DNA from: an uncultured Gammaproteobacteria bacterium
GTDB lineage: Bacteria; Patescibacteriota; Microgenomatia; UBA8517
NCBI GenBank assembly: GCA_964645605.1
Contig: CAZYCE010000003.1
Span: forward strand, 57,135-121,134
DNA length: 64,000 nt
Reading direction: 5' to 3'
In this document: piece after piece, positions 47,291-57,120 of the stretch
Layout of the letters: every line of letters begins with the position of its first letter
Numbering within the stretch: position 1 is the first letter of the stretch
The notes under the pieces: generated by a model
Told to the model about the DNA's origin: nothing
Database searches by the model: none
Seen by the model: the letters and a program-made list of their open reading frames with translations, nothing else
Translations under genes and position numbers: made by a program

Positions 47291-47413
47291 AGGGAATGTC
47301 TTAAATAACAGACCTGATGTAGTTTGATATACTAACTAATTCGGGTATGTTTCATTACAATTTAAGTACAGCAATTAATAGCAAGAATTAGAAAACGTGA
47401 GTAAAATATAGCT

Positions 47414-47704
47414 ATGACAGTTGAGTTTGCTGATAAATATAGGCAAAAGCAAATAGAAGAATACAGCCTGATTTTTAAAACTTACCCGGAGCTTAAAAAA
47501 ACTGCTCAAAAATACTGGGCTCAAGTTCAGGGTATGAATTCAAGACAGGAAAGAAAATTATTTGATGGCGTAGTTTTGGAAATCTCTAACCAATTATTAG
47601 ATAACACAGTATTCCTGGCAGCCATGGATCGGGAGGGAAAAGATCCTATAGAATGTGCTATAATTGAAAGCTTTTTTATGATAGACATTGTCCCAGATGT
47701 CTAG
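47414..47704 (+). CDS. hypothetical protein
   Basis: ORF only. Confidence 0.3.
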   Translation: MTVEFADKYRQKQIEEYSLIFKTYPELKKTAQKYWAQVQGMNSRQERKLFDGVVLEISNQLLDNTVFLAAMDREGKDPIECAIIESFFMIDIVPDV

Positions 47705-47719
47705 TTTAAAGCTAAATAT

Positions 47720-49486
47720 ATGACTGAACAGAAAGGAGATGTGCTAAGATTTTCTAAAGATATGTCGGAGGCAAGATCTGCCAAACCGCTTGTCGTACAA
47801 AATATTCACAAGGAGTATGGGGATCGTGTGGTTTTGGATAATGTAAGTATTTCAATAAACACAGGTGACAGGATTGCACTTGTGGGTAAAAATGGATCTG
47901 GTAAATCAACGCTTATGAGAATAGTAGCGGGTTTGGAAACTTCAGATAAGGGATCTGTAATAAATCCAGGATTGAGAGTTGGGTTTCTCGGCCAGGATTT
48001 TACTTTAGATAACGATAAATCCGTTTACAAAGTTGCGACTGAAGGCGTTGCAGAGTTTACGGACCTTCTACAGAAATTCGAACAAATGTCAGAAAATTAT
48101 CAATCTAATAATTCTGAGTTTGTAGAGAATTACACCAGAATCCTAGATATCCTTCAAAGAAATGATGCTTTTAAAATTCCGGACAGAGTTAGTACTGTAC
48201 TTAAAAACTTGGGAATTGATCACGATCTGGAATCTAAGGTATCAACACTAAGCGGAGGTCAAATGGTGCGGCTTGCACTTGCTAGGATATTAATTTCGAA
48301 ACCCGATATACTCTTTTTGGATGAACCAACCAACCATCTAGATCTTCATGCAAATTTATGGCTAAGAAACTTTCTAAATAGTTGGGAAGGTGGTTTTGTT
48401 GTTGTTTCTCACGATAGAGATTTCCTTAACGAAGTGACGAAATCAACATGGGAATTGGATGAGGGTCACATTGAGCAATTTGGTGGTAACTATAATTTCT
48501 ATAAAGAACAAAAAGGTCTAAAGGAATCAGCGCAGGAAAGAGAGGTTGTTCGGCTGGGTAAGGAAGTTAGGAAAGCAAAGAAGAAAATAGAAAAAGAAAA
48601 AGAACGGGCTGCCCATAGTGCTAGACGTGATTTAAGCAAAAATCCTGAAGACTTGGACCGATTTAGAGCACATTATTTCAAAGAAAGAGCCGAAAAATCA
48701 GCTGGCAAAAATAAGGGTGTTTCTGAAGATAAACACTCAGAACTTTCTGAGCAACTAAGACAATCGAAAAGAAAAATACCTCAAAGAATATCTCCTAATA
48801 TGACAGAGTCAGAAACCCACAAAGGTAAACGTCTTCTTTCTGCAAAAGATATTTCCTGCTCATACGGCGATAGTGTTGTCATAGAACAGGCATCCATTAA
48901 CGTCTCTTTCGGTGATCGTATTGCTCTTTTTGGAAATAATGGAGCCGGTAAATCGACTTTAATTCAAGGTTTGATTGGTTCTGATTCTGTACATGTTGAC
49001 GGTGATTTAGAATCTTCTCCTAATATAAACATCCAGTATATGGATCAAAACTATCGCTTTGTCGATAGAAACAGATCTGTCTTGGAAAATATGCAAAGCG
49101 CCGCACCGTCTACTAATGTTGATGATTTGAGAGTACACCTGGCGCGTTTTTTATTTAGGCAAGGAAACGACGTTACAAAAATGGCTAAAGTTTTAAGCGG
49201 GGGCGAAATCGCACGCTTGGCGCTTGCAATGATCTCCTTACAACCAATTGATTTATTGATTTTGGATGAACCGACAAACAATCTCGATGTGTCGTCCATT
49301 GAAGAGGTTGAGTCTGTCTTATCAAACTTTAAAGGGGCAATTCTGGTAGTTTCGCACGACATTACATTTCTTAAAAATATAGGAATAAATGAATCGTATG
49401 TCATAGCAGATGGATCTTTAAAACATCTAATTTCCAACCCGGACAACACAGATTCTTTCAAAAAAGAACTTCTTTCCAATCTCTGA
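47720..49486 (+). CDS. ABC-F family ATPase (two ABC domains, long charged linker)
   Basis: Two Walker A motifs (GKNGSGKST, GNNGAGKST), two LSGG signatures, and a basic linker about 100 aa long. Confidence 0.85.
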   Translation: MTEQKGDVLRFSKDMSEARSAKPLVVQNIHKEYGDRVVLDNVSISINTGDRIALVGKNGSGKSTLMRIVAGLETSDKGSVINPGLRVGFLGQDFTLDNDKSVYKVATEGVAEFTDLLQKFEQMSENYQSNNSEFVENYTRILDILQRNDAFKIPDRVSTVLKNLGIDHDLESKVSTLSGGQMVRLALARILISKPDILFLDEPTNHLDLHANLWLRNFLNSWEGGFVVVSHDRDFLNEVTKSTWELDEGHIEQFGGNYNFYKEQKGLKESAQEREVVRLGKEVRKAKKKIEKEKERAAHSARRDLSKNPEDLDRFRAHYFKERAEKSAGKNKGVSEDKHSELSEQLRQSKRKIPQRISPNMTESETHKGKRLLSAKDISCSYGDSVVIEQASINVSFGDRIALFGNNGAGKSTLIQGLIGSDSVHVDGDLESSPNINIQYMDQNYRFVDRNRSVLENMQSAAPSTNVDDLRVHLARFLFRQGNDVTKMAKVLSGGEIARLALAMISLQPIDLLILDEPTNNLDVSSIEEVESVLSNFKGAILVVSHDITFLKNIGINESYVIADGSLKHLISNPDNTDSFKKELLSNL

Positions 49487-49491
49487 TAAAT

Positions 49492-50346
49492 TTATAATTC
49501 AGGGGCAATCTTAGTAAGCAGATTGGTTAATTCTTTATCTATTTCAGATATTCTCTTTAGAACAAAATCTTTCTCACCTTTGTCTTTAAACTGGTTATTT
49601 GAAAGAATTAAGCCAATAGCTTTAAAAATCTCCAGATATGTCCCAATTTTTCCGGTTGGGCGTTCTTTGCGACGCCAATAGATCTCGCTTACTTGTTTTT
49701 GGTGAATTCTATAGTCAGTAAGAATCTTGTCTAAAAAGTAAACGTCATATTTAGCCGCAATTTTTATGTACATATTAAAATCAAATGTATTTTTTGCAAA
49801 TTCCGCTTCATATAGACCTACTTTATCGTAGACGCTTTTGTTACATATCATTGTCGATGAATTTGTTAGGCAACAACCATATTTGATTGTATAGAACAAA
49901 TAATCTAACCCCGAAAGATATCCCGAAGGGGTAAAATCATAACCCCACCTCATTAGATAATTACCCTTCACATCCATTTTATTGGCATGAGCAAAAACAA
50001 AACCAAGTTTTGGATATTTGTTGTAGATCTTCATTGTTTCCGAAATAAAATTAGAATGTAAAATGTCATCGTCACCAAGAATGACAATGTACTTGCCTTT
50101 GGCAAGCTGTATGCTTCTGTTCCAGCTTCCCATCATTCCTATATTTATTTCGTTTTTTGTATATACAATTCTGGAATCTTTGTAGGATTTAACCACAGAC
50201 TCGGTGTTGTCAGTTGAACCACCGTCAATTATTAAGACTTCTATATTGATATATTTTTGGACAAGACAACTTTCAATGGCAGTTTTTAGGAATTCTGCAC
50301 GGTTATATGTAGGAATAGCGATTGTAACTAGATGTTGTTTATTCAT
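49492..50346 (-). CDS. family-2 glycosyltransferase
   Basis: IAIPTYNRAEFL...IIDGGSTDNT and the DDD DxD motif. Confidence 0.8.
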   Translation of the reverse strand: MNKQHLVTIAIPTYNRAEFLKTAIESCLVQKYINIEVLIIDGGSTDNTESVVKSYKDSRIVYTKNEINIGMMGSWNRSIQLAKGKYIVILGDDDILHSNFISETMKIYNKYPKLGFVFAHANKMDVKGNYLMRWGYDFTPSGYLSGLDYLFYTIKYGCCLTNSSTMICNKSVYDKVGLYEAEFAKNTFDFNMYIKIAAKYDVYFLDKILTDYRIHQKQVSEIYWRRKERPTGKIGTYLEIFKAIGLILSNNQFKDKGEKDFVLKRISEIDKELTNLLTKIAPEL

Positions 50347-51562
50347 AATGTTTTATAATCTGACGAAGCATATTCCTCGGACTGTTTACTCTCTGATAAT
50401 TTATTGATTGATTCCCCGATTCATTGCTGCTTTTCATTTCCGATTTTCCTTTAATTATAATCTCCAATTCTTTACGTAAATTATCTATTGTTTGCTTCGG
50501 TTCATTAAGTTTGTAGTCAAAAATATGACCTGCATTAAATCTCCGTGATTCGTCAGCCATCCAAGTTCCAGACGACACTACACAAATCTGATTATACATT
50601 CTAGCTATAATATAAATTTCCGAGACTCTTTTATCATAACTTTGCGGATGGTATGGCATTACGACCACGTCCGAGGTTGCAACTATTCTTTGAAAATTCA
50701 GAGGATCAATAGCTGATTCTATAAATTCCACTCTACTATCAGACTCCAATTCTTGCCGGACTCTTTTGAATTGAACTGATTCCTGGACGTCGTAACCCCT
50801 GCCGTTATAATCTTGAATAATAATCCTTTCTCCAGCTGAAGGCGTATCTTTTACAGCTTCGAGAAATAACAAAAGACCCTTCTCATATCTGCCATCGCCC
50901 AAAAAGGAAATAGTAAATCCAACACTTTCAGGTTTGTCATCTGTCTTTAAGTCTTTGTGAAATTCGATAGGCAAAGGGAGCATGCCAATATTCATTGGTG
51001 AAAACGAATTTAAAAGCTGGTTTAGTTTTCGGCTTCGCGTTGTCCAAATAGAAACAACATTTTTAAAATCCACGGCTTCAATAAACGATTCGGCTAAGAG
51101 TTCTTTGTTTGTCAAAAAGTAACTATCCTCAAGAGTTTGTCTAAATGTTAACGCCGGTGGAAAAAATTGATGAATTTGAAATGCAAACTTAGGTTGTTTA
51201 TCCTTATGTTTTCCAAGGAATGTTTTAACGCCCAAAATCTCATTCGAGTAGGCAGTTGGGATTACCACAAGATCGCTTGTGCCTAATTGTAATTTTTCAT
51301 GAACTTTCTCCATATCCTCATGGAAGGTCGATCCCTTGTCATCTAAATTCTGAAAACATGTGTTTGTGATAACCGGATGAACCTCTCCAAGCAATCTTTG
51401 TACAGAGCTGTCTGTGTCTCGATTTGTTACGATCTCCAAGTCAACTTTACTCGTGTCAGTTACAGAACTTTTTATGGAACAAGCCCCTTCAATAGGATGA
51501 CCAAAATTCGTCTTAAGATTGGGGTCTATCCAAACAATTCTCTCTATTTCAGAATTAACCAT
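50339..51562 (-). CDS. hypothetical protein (possibly a GT-B glycosyltransferase)
   Basis: ORF in a glycan operon. No confident motif. Confidence 0.3.
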   Translation of the reverse strand: MVNSEIERIVWIDPNLKTNFGHPIEGACSIKSSVTDTSKVDLEIVTNRDTDSSVQRLLGEVHPVITNTCFQNLDDKGSTFHEDMEKVHEKLQLGTSDLVVIPTAYSNEILGVKTFLGKHKDKQPKFAFQIHQFFPPALTFRQTLEDSYFLTNKELLAESFIEAVDFKNVVSIWTTRSRKLNQLLNSFSPMNIGMLPLPIEFHKDLKTDDKPESVGFTISFLGDGRYEKGLLLFLEAVKDTPSAGERIIIQDYNGRGYDVQESVQFKRVRQELESDSRVEFIESAIDPLNFQRIVATSDVVVMPYHPQSYDKRVSEIYIIARMYNQICVVSSGTWMADESRRFNAGHIFDYKLNEPKQTIDNLRKELEIIIKGKSEMKSSNESGNQSINYQRVNSPRNMLRQIIKHYE

Positions 51563-52352
51563 TTTGTTTATTAATTAACTCCTTTCTAATCTTATCCGCA
51601 CATTGTGTGAAATCTTTACTCAAAATTCCCCTGTTTGTTTCCGCTAAGTTATAAAGAGTCGCAACTTGTAAATCTTCAGAATTATTTACATTTATAAAAT
51701 CAGGTATTTCTATAAGGGATGTTTTGTAACCTAGCTGTCTGCAATATTCAAAAAAATCTTCGATTTCACGCTTATCAAATTCCAGAAACCTTTCCAGATA
51801 TTGCTTTATCTCGGCTTTAAAAAGTGCGGTGCCTGACCATTTATATCCATCTTTGTTTTTCGGAATAGCCTTTTTAATTACTGACGTAACTTCTGATCCA
51901 TCCGTAAAAACAATACCCCCGAGAGACAGATCTTTAGAATGAAAAGCCTTTGCGGCTGCGAGATATATTTGCTTCCCGTTTATCTCTACATCAAATTTGT
52001 CAAAAGGGTTATCTCGAAAGTAAATATCCCCAAGAGTCAGAAGTACAATGGTATCAGGGTCAATATTTTTTAACAGATTTCTAAGTGTTGACAGCGGCCC
52101 TTTCTCATCGTTGGTTTTGTATACAACTTCGACACGGGAGTAATCCTCCAGCGATCTTTTTATTTGGTTATAAAATAATTCATTAGTTGCGATCGTTATA
52201 TTGTTTGACCCATTTTGGATTGACTGTTGAACTTGTCTATGAAGCAAAGTGGTATTCCCCAGGGGCATAAGAGCCTTCGGAACACCTTTTGATAGATATC
52301 CCAAACGGCTTGCCTTACCCCCAGCCAGAATAATATGTAATTTGTTTGTCAT
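51555..52352 (-). CDS. sugar-phosphate nucleotidyltransferase
   Basis: IILAGGKASRLG nucleotide-binding signature. Confidence 0.65.
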   Translation of the reverse strand: MTNKLHIILAGGKASRLGYLSKGVPKALMPLGNTTLLHRQVQQSIQNGSNNITIATNELFYNQIKRSLEDYSRVEVVYKTNDEKGPLSTLRNLLKNIDPDTIVLLTLGDIYFRDNPFDKFDVEINGKQIYLAAAKAFHSKDLSLGGIVFTDGSEVTSVIKKAIPKNKDGYKWSGTALFKAEIKQYLERFLEFDKREIEDFFEYCRQLGYKTSLIEIPDFINVNNSEDLQVATLYNLAETNRGILSKDFTQCADKIRKELINKQNG

Positions 52353-52354
52353 AG

Positions 52355-53146
52355 TTAAGTTAATTTCTGATCAAATATTACTTTTGCCTCTTTTTCCCAG
52401 CTTATTAGTGGAGCCAGCCATGGCAAATGAACGTGAGTGGCAAGCGATGGAATTGGTCCGACAAGTACTCTTTTATTTAACGTACCCTCTGCGTATTTAC
52501 CAAGTCCTTGTAAATCCCGAAACAACTCTCTGTCTTCCGGCCTTCCTTTGCTGTTCTCTTTGTATCTTTCAAAATATTTGATATCTTCTGCAAGAGTTCT
52601 GCTTGTTGTCGCAAAAGTCATACAGGTAGATTCCTGCGTTCTCCAATGCCTTTCGTTGGTAATATATATGACATTGTGCCAATGGGGAAGGTCGGGCCCT
52701 TTTACATAGTCAGGCTGATAACGAACAGGGTGGTCATACGGAGTTGAATAGTGAACCGGTAATTGTTTAAGAGAATGTTGTAAACCCAAAAGTGCGGGAG
52801 TAAGCCATAGATAATCGTCTTCTGCAAAAACGACTATTTTGTTTCCAGATATTGCAGAAGCTTTTCGAATAATATTAATGCTAGATTCAACATTTCCAAG
52901 TGGTTTTTGTTCAATAATCAAACCCCGTGGTTCAACCATCTGTTTTACTTTCTTCGACCATTCATCATGGGGTTTTAGATATCCATCAACAAAAACTGTC
53001 ATTTCCGATTCAGTTTCACTTTTAAGTTGATCAAACGATAACAAAAAACTTTTAAGACACAATTCCTTAGAATACCAGGTAGGTCTTGGGGCATTATTCT
53101 CTCCAGGGCAGGTTCTATAAAAAATAAATGTGGGTGATTCTATCAT
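52355..53146 (-). CDS. hypothetical protein, possible glycosyltransferase (EDD DxD-like)
   Basis: VVFAEDDYLW. Lies in the glycan operon. Confidence 0.3.
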   Translation of the reverse strand: MIESPTFIFYRTCPGENNAPRPTWYSKELCLKSFLLSFDQLKSETESEMTVFVDGYLKPHDEWSKKVKQMVEPRGLIIEQKPLGNVESSINIIRKASAISGNKIVVFAEDDYLWLTPALLGLQHSLKQLPVHYSTPYDHPVRYQPDYVKGPDLPHWHNVIYITNERHWRTQESTCMTFATTSRTLAEDIKYFERYKENSKGRPEDRELFRDLQGLGKYAEGTLNKRVLVGPIPSLATHVHLPWLAPLISWEKEAKVIFDQKLT

Positions 53147-53922
53147 TTGTTTGAAAAAACTCCGGTTTTATCGGCAATTAGTATTCTGGTTGCACTGATC
53201 ATTTGAGATAATATCTTTTTCAATGGCCTTCTTTCCTTCCAAATGTGTGATTCCAATGTGATTGGAACTATATTGCCATATTCACTTGCCAACCTAATTG
53301 TTATCAAATCTAAGCCCCATTTAAGATCTTTTTTTGAAACATATCGTTCTAGTGTTGGTAGCATGGCCTCAACAACCTCTCTCCTATAAACCTGTAATCC
53401 TGGGCTGTGTTGGCTCATTGGAAAGCCAAGCAGCGTATTACCTTCGATATTACCCATGATATTGTGGAATGCCGAATCTATGAAGCCATTCGACTCGAGA
53501 CTACGCCTATGTTCAACAAAGACACCTGTGTTTTTACTATCCTGTAAAATATCCACGGCTTTGCTAACTGCAGACATGGGATATTCACCGTCAGCGTCGG
53601 CTCGAATAATTATCTCTGCCTTGGTTTCCAGAGCTTTTCTGTAACCATCAACTAGAGATCGCGCCAGTCCAAGGTTTGATTCGTGCCTGAGGATTGTAAT
53701 GGGAGGTTCGTTCGATCCCAAGATCAGTTTTGAACTGCCGTCGTCAACTGCAATAACAGAATACTGACTACCCTCAAAAAGTAATCTAATATCTGCTACC
53801 TGGCTATCTATGGGGTGGTTGTAGGAGGGAATTACAAAGACCAATTCAGGCACAATCATACTCGCCTCGGTTCTGCTGAACCCTTCTGTAATTTGGCCAT
53901 GATAAATAGAGTCAATTTCCAT
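53143..53922 (-). CDS. family-2 glycosyltransferase
   Basis: VIPSYNH...VIAVDDGSS and ADADGE. Confidence 0.7.
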   Translation of the reverse strand: MEIDSIYHGQITEGFSRTEASMIVPELVFVIPSYNHPIDSQVADIRLLFEGSQYSVIAVDDGSSKLILGSNEPPITILRHESNLGLARSLVDGYRKALETKAEIIIRADADGEYPMSAVSKAVDILQDSKNTGVFVEHRRSLESNGFIDSAFHNIMGNIEGNTLLGFPMSQHSPGLQVYRREVVEAMLPTLERYVSKKDLKWGLDLITIRLASEYGNIVPITLESHIWKERRPLKKILSQMISATRILIADKTGVFSNK

Positions 53923-53983
53923 GCGAAGCAGTATATACTATAAGATATCAGAAGTCAAGCTCAGAATAGCCTTGATGATTAAA

Positions 53984-54736
53984 CTAATCTTCACCTAGAG
54001 CTTGTTTTATCTTTTGGGTAATTATCGCTCTATCACCCTCGTCGTTCCTGATCTGGAAATAGTTCTTTATGTTTTGGTCAGTCATAAAAGAGTTAGTGAC
54101 AGTAGAAAAGGAGTCTTTAGTAAAAAAATAATAATCAACCATAACCTGGTCAATATGTTTAACTTTGAAGGGGTACTTTAGTGCAATTCTCGCAAACAGA
54201 TCCCAATCTTCCAAAATTCCAAGACTCTCATCGAATTTGCCGATTTCATCAAATAGAGTTTTATTTATAAGCACCGAGTTGATATCTATGAAATTTGTAT
54301 AAGTTAGCTTGACCGGATTGTACTCTACATTTCTAACCTTCCTGCCAATTATTTGTCGAGACTCTTTATTTCCTGACACAAGAAACATATTTTCGCTGCA
54401 ATACCCCATCAAATATGGTTTGCAAACTTCTTGAATCATCGTTTCCAAAAAACTTGGATGCCAGTAATTGTCTGTATCTAAAAATGCAATAAATTTACCC
54501 TTGGCTAATGATAAGCCCTTATTCCTGGCTGCAGAAGCTCCTTTGTGATCTATGTGTTCATAAACAAGTCGTTTGTCTTTAATCTTTGAAAGCGTCTCTT
54601 TTGTGTTGTCAGACGATCCGTCGTCAACAATTATCAATTCAAAATCTTCATAGTTTTGGTTTAATACGCTGTTCACTGCCGTTCTAATCGTTTGAGACCG
54701 ATTATAGCTAGGCATAACAACGCTTACATTAGGCAT
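53984..54736 (-). CDS. family-2 glycosyltransferase
   Basis: VVMPSYNRSQTI...IIVDDGSSDNT and the LDTDN DxD motif. Confidence 0.8.
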   Translation of the reverse strand: MPNVSVVMPSYNRSQTIRTAVNSVLNQNYEDFELIIVDDGSSDNTKETLSKIKDKRLVYEHIDHKGASAARNKGLSLAKGKFIAFLDTDNYWHPSFLETMIQEVCKPYLMGYCSENMFLVSGNKESRQIIGRKVRNVEYNPVKLTYTNFIDINSVLINKTLFDEIGKFDESLGILEDWDLFARIALKYPFKVKHIDQVMVDYYFFTKDSFSTVTNSFMTDQNIKNYFQIRNDEGDRAIITQKIKQALGED

Positions 54737-54759
54737 AATCTATTTTAACATACATCGTC

Positions 54760-54790
54760 ACAAATGGTTGTGATCCGCATACTACCCCTT
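54760..54790. repeat. intergenic repeat family fragment (K): atactaccccttgtgcgacg, 20/20 identical to the 5' end of copy A
   Basis: Exact 20-mer shared with 40171-40190. Confidence 0.5.
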
Positions 54791-54964
54791 GTGCGACGCT
54801 GAATTAGGTCAGTTTCTTTTTGTCTTCATAGAGTTTCATCCGATGTTTTTTACTGTATTCCAAAGCAGGATTGGTGAATCCCTTCTTGGCAATAAATTTA
54901 ACAACACCTTTTCTATTACTCACCATTTCTTATCACCACCTTATTATATTTATCCTAAGGATAT

Positions 54965-56671
54965 TTATCTTTTAGTCCAAAAACTTTTCATAAACTCGTT
55001 GTAATCCAAAGAATCTTTACTCATTTCGCTTTTCTTCATAATCATTGGGTAATCCTTATAAAAATGCTTCAAATATGTTGTGACCAGTGGATAATATTTC
55101 TCATAACTGGCACCAATTTGAGGCACGAAATATTCACCGTCATATCGGTATATTCCCCAAACAACTCTGTTGCCCCTTCCCCCTTGTTCTCTTTTCGCGA
55201 TTCTGGTCATCTTATTAATCACGTCTTGTCCTAAGTCTTTAAATTCTTCATTAATCACTTTCTCGATATCGGGAGTAATTGGTCCGTCCTTCGGATATTC
55301 ATCAACCATCTCTGCTACCTCTAAATATCCGTCATTATCAAAATCGGCTGCAGTTAAACTTCCGACCTCACCCGACCAAAACAAACAATCGTATGCGCTT
55401 TTTACATCCCGAGTCAGACAAATTGGCAATATTCCATACCCTCCGGTCTTTAGTTCAAATAGTCCGAAGAACATTGTTTGGGATGAATGAGGGCCAACTA
55501 CAAACTCATAACTTACGAATTGCTTCCCGTCTTTTTTCATACCTACAAAAGCTTTTGCGCTGCCGGAGAGAGGCTGCTCAATCGGTATACTATCGGGGAG
55601 TCTTCCGATTTCATTGCCTTTTTCATCATAAGCAACAAGGGAGATATCCGGAAACTCACTTGTTTCGCTCTGAGAATAGGTAAGACGAAGGGTTTCTTCT
55701 TTTCCGTCACCATTCAAATCAACCCTTTTGTCTTCTTTGCCTGAAGTATTGTTTTTTGAAAAAACATTTTTAGGATATTTTTTATCAAATTTGGAAAGGA
55801 TTACGCTTAAGGGGTCATAGGCAAGATTGTTGACATCATAATAATCTAAGGCCCCGTAGATTAATTCATCGGCCTGGTTATATAAATCACTCCATTCATT
55901 TTGTTTGACAGTCGTAATTTTATTGTAAGAATCATAAAAAAGTGTCAACAGGTCTCCATGTTTGTATTTTGCAATTATCTCTCCCGTTTTTTTATTCACT
56001 TCCGGGGCTGAATAATTATTCTCGGTAGCATCACTTAGAAGGTTATAAATGTCTATCTTGGTGTTTATATCAGCCAAGACCGCATTGTAATAATCGCTCG
56101 TCATAAATCCGTTATCAAAGAACTTCTTTAAATTGTCTCTGGTATCTCCCAAGTCCTTGACCTTGGTATAAAGCTCATCAAGAGTGACCCCTTTAGTATC
56201 CAACGCCTGACTGAATTGATCACTTTTAGTTAAAATAACATTCATTCCTCCTTCATATTCTTTTAATGAGTTAAATTTCCTTAAAGAAGAGTAATACTTA
56301 TCAAAAGCTTCCTTCTTTAAAGCCAGGAACTCCTTGTATTTTTTTGGTAAAAGGAACTTAAACTTTAACTGTTTATTTAGAATCGATTCATGTTCATTGA
56401 TAAGAAGATCTACCTTGTTCAGATCAGCCGCAATATCAATCGAGAGATTCTCAACTTCCGGACCTGTTTTTTGTCCGCCCTCTCTTCCGCTTCTTTGTTC
56501 AATATGATCATTGGCTACCTGTCTAGCTTCCTGAATTGAAGAAAAAATTTCTCTGCCTTTATACTCAAGTTGGTTAAAATAAAATCTGGGAAATAGGAAC
56601 AAAAATAAAGCAAGTAGAAGAAATACAGGAACAATAATGAGAAGTTTCAGTTTCATACTTCTTATTAACAT
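54965..56671 (-). CDS. membrane-anchored extracytoplasmic protein, unknown function
   Basis: N-terminal TM (LKLLIIVPVFLLLALFLFLF) and a large hydrophilic remainder. Confidence 0.35.
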   Translation of the reverse strand: MLIRSMKLKLLIIVPVFLLLALFLFLFPRFYFNQLEYKGREIFSSIQEARQVANDHIEQRSGREGGQKTGPEVENLSIDIAADLNKVDLLINEHESILNKQLKFKFLLPKKYKEFLALKKEAFDKYYSSLRKFNSLKEYEGGMNVILTKSDQFSQALDTKGVTLDELYTKVKDLGDTRDNLKKFFDNGFMTSDYYNAVLADINTKIDIYNLLSDATENNYSAPEVNKKTGEIIAKYKHGDLLTLFYDSYNKITTVKQNEWSDLYNQADELIYGALDYYDVNNLAYDPLSVILSKFDKKYPKNVFSKNNTSGKEDKRVDLNGDGKEETLRLTYSQSETSEFPDISLVAYDEKGNEIGRLPDSIPIEQPLSGSAKAFVGMKKDGKQFVSYEFVVGPHSSQTMFFGLFELKTGGYGILPICLTRDVKSAYDCLFWSGEVGSLTAADFDNDGYLEVAEMVDEYPKDGPITPDIEKVINEEFKDLGQDVINKMTRIAKREQGGRGNRVVWGIYRYDGEYFVPQIGASYEKYYPLVTTYLKHFYKDYPMIMKKSEMSKDSLDYNEFMKSFWTKR

Positions 56672-56865
56672 TAATTCAGATATTTATCAATTTTATCAAT
56701 ATTAGAATCACTTATTTTTTAAATCAACTAACATATGTGAATCATCACCAAGTTTTACAAGAAGATAATATTTACCTTTTATATAAACATTCATTTGACC
56801 GGTACCCCTTAAACTACACATAGTTTCTGTATAATCAGAAGCTTGTATTAAGGGGGTGAAAAAGG

Positions 56866-57120
56866 TTGAAATCTAAAATAGCACCGGAAGTTAAATCAGA
56901 AGTTTTAGGGAAAATTAAAGGTGGAGAAAGTGTTGCTTCATTAGCTGAAAAGTTTGGTATCTCAGTCAAAACAATATATGGCTGGTTAAGATGGGAAACT
57001 ACAAACAAGGTAAGTTGGATGGAATATTCAAGGCTAAAGAAGGAGAATCAAACATTAAAAGAGATTGTTGGAGTTCTTACACTGGAGCTTCAGAAGTCAA
57101 AAAAAAAGACAATTAATTGA
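56866..57120 (+). CDS. IS3 transposase OrfA (HTH)
   Basis: SVASLAEKFGISVKTIYGWLR HTH and a leucine-zipper-like C-terminus. Confidence 0.8.
   Translation: MKSKIAPEVKSEVLGKIKGGESVASLAEKFGISVKTIYGWLRWETTNKVSWMEYSRLKKENQTLKEIVGVLTLELQKSKKKTIN

Noticed and set aside
34290-47413. Integron cassette array
   Set aside because: No IntI-type tyrosine recombinase or attI was found. The repeats conserve long internal sequence blocks rather than being imperfect palindromes with only RYYYAAC/GTTRRRY ends. I report them instead as a mosaic repeat family.
56672-56795. N-terminal half of the serine recombinase upstream of IS3
   Set aside because: The sequence is AT-rich with no ORF in any frame encoding a resolvase catalytic domain. 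The recombinase is therefore a C-terminal remnant, not a gene merely split by the IS.
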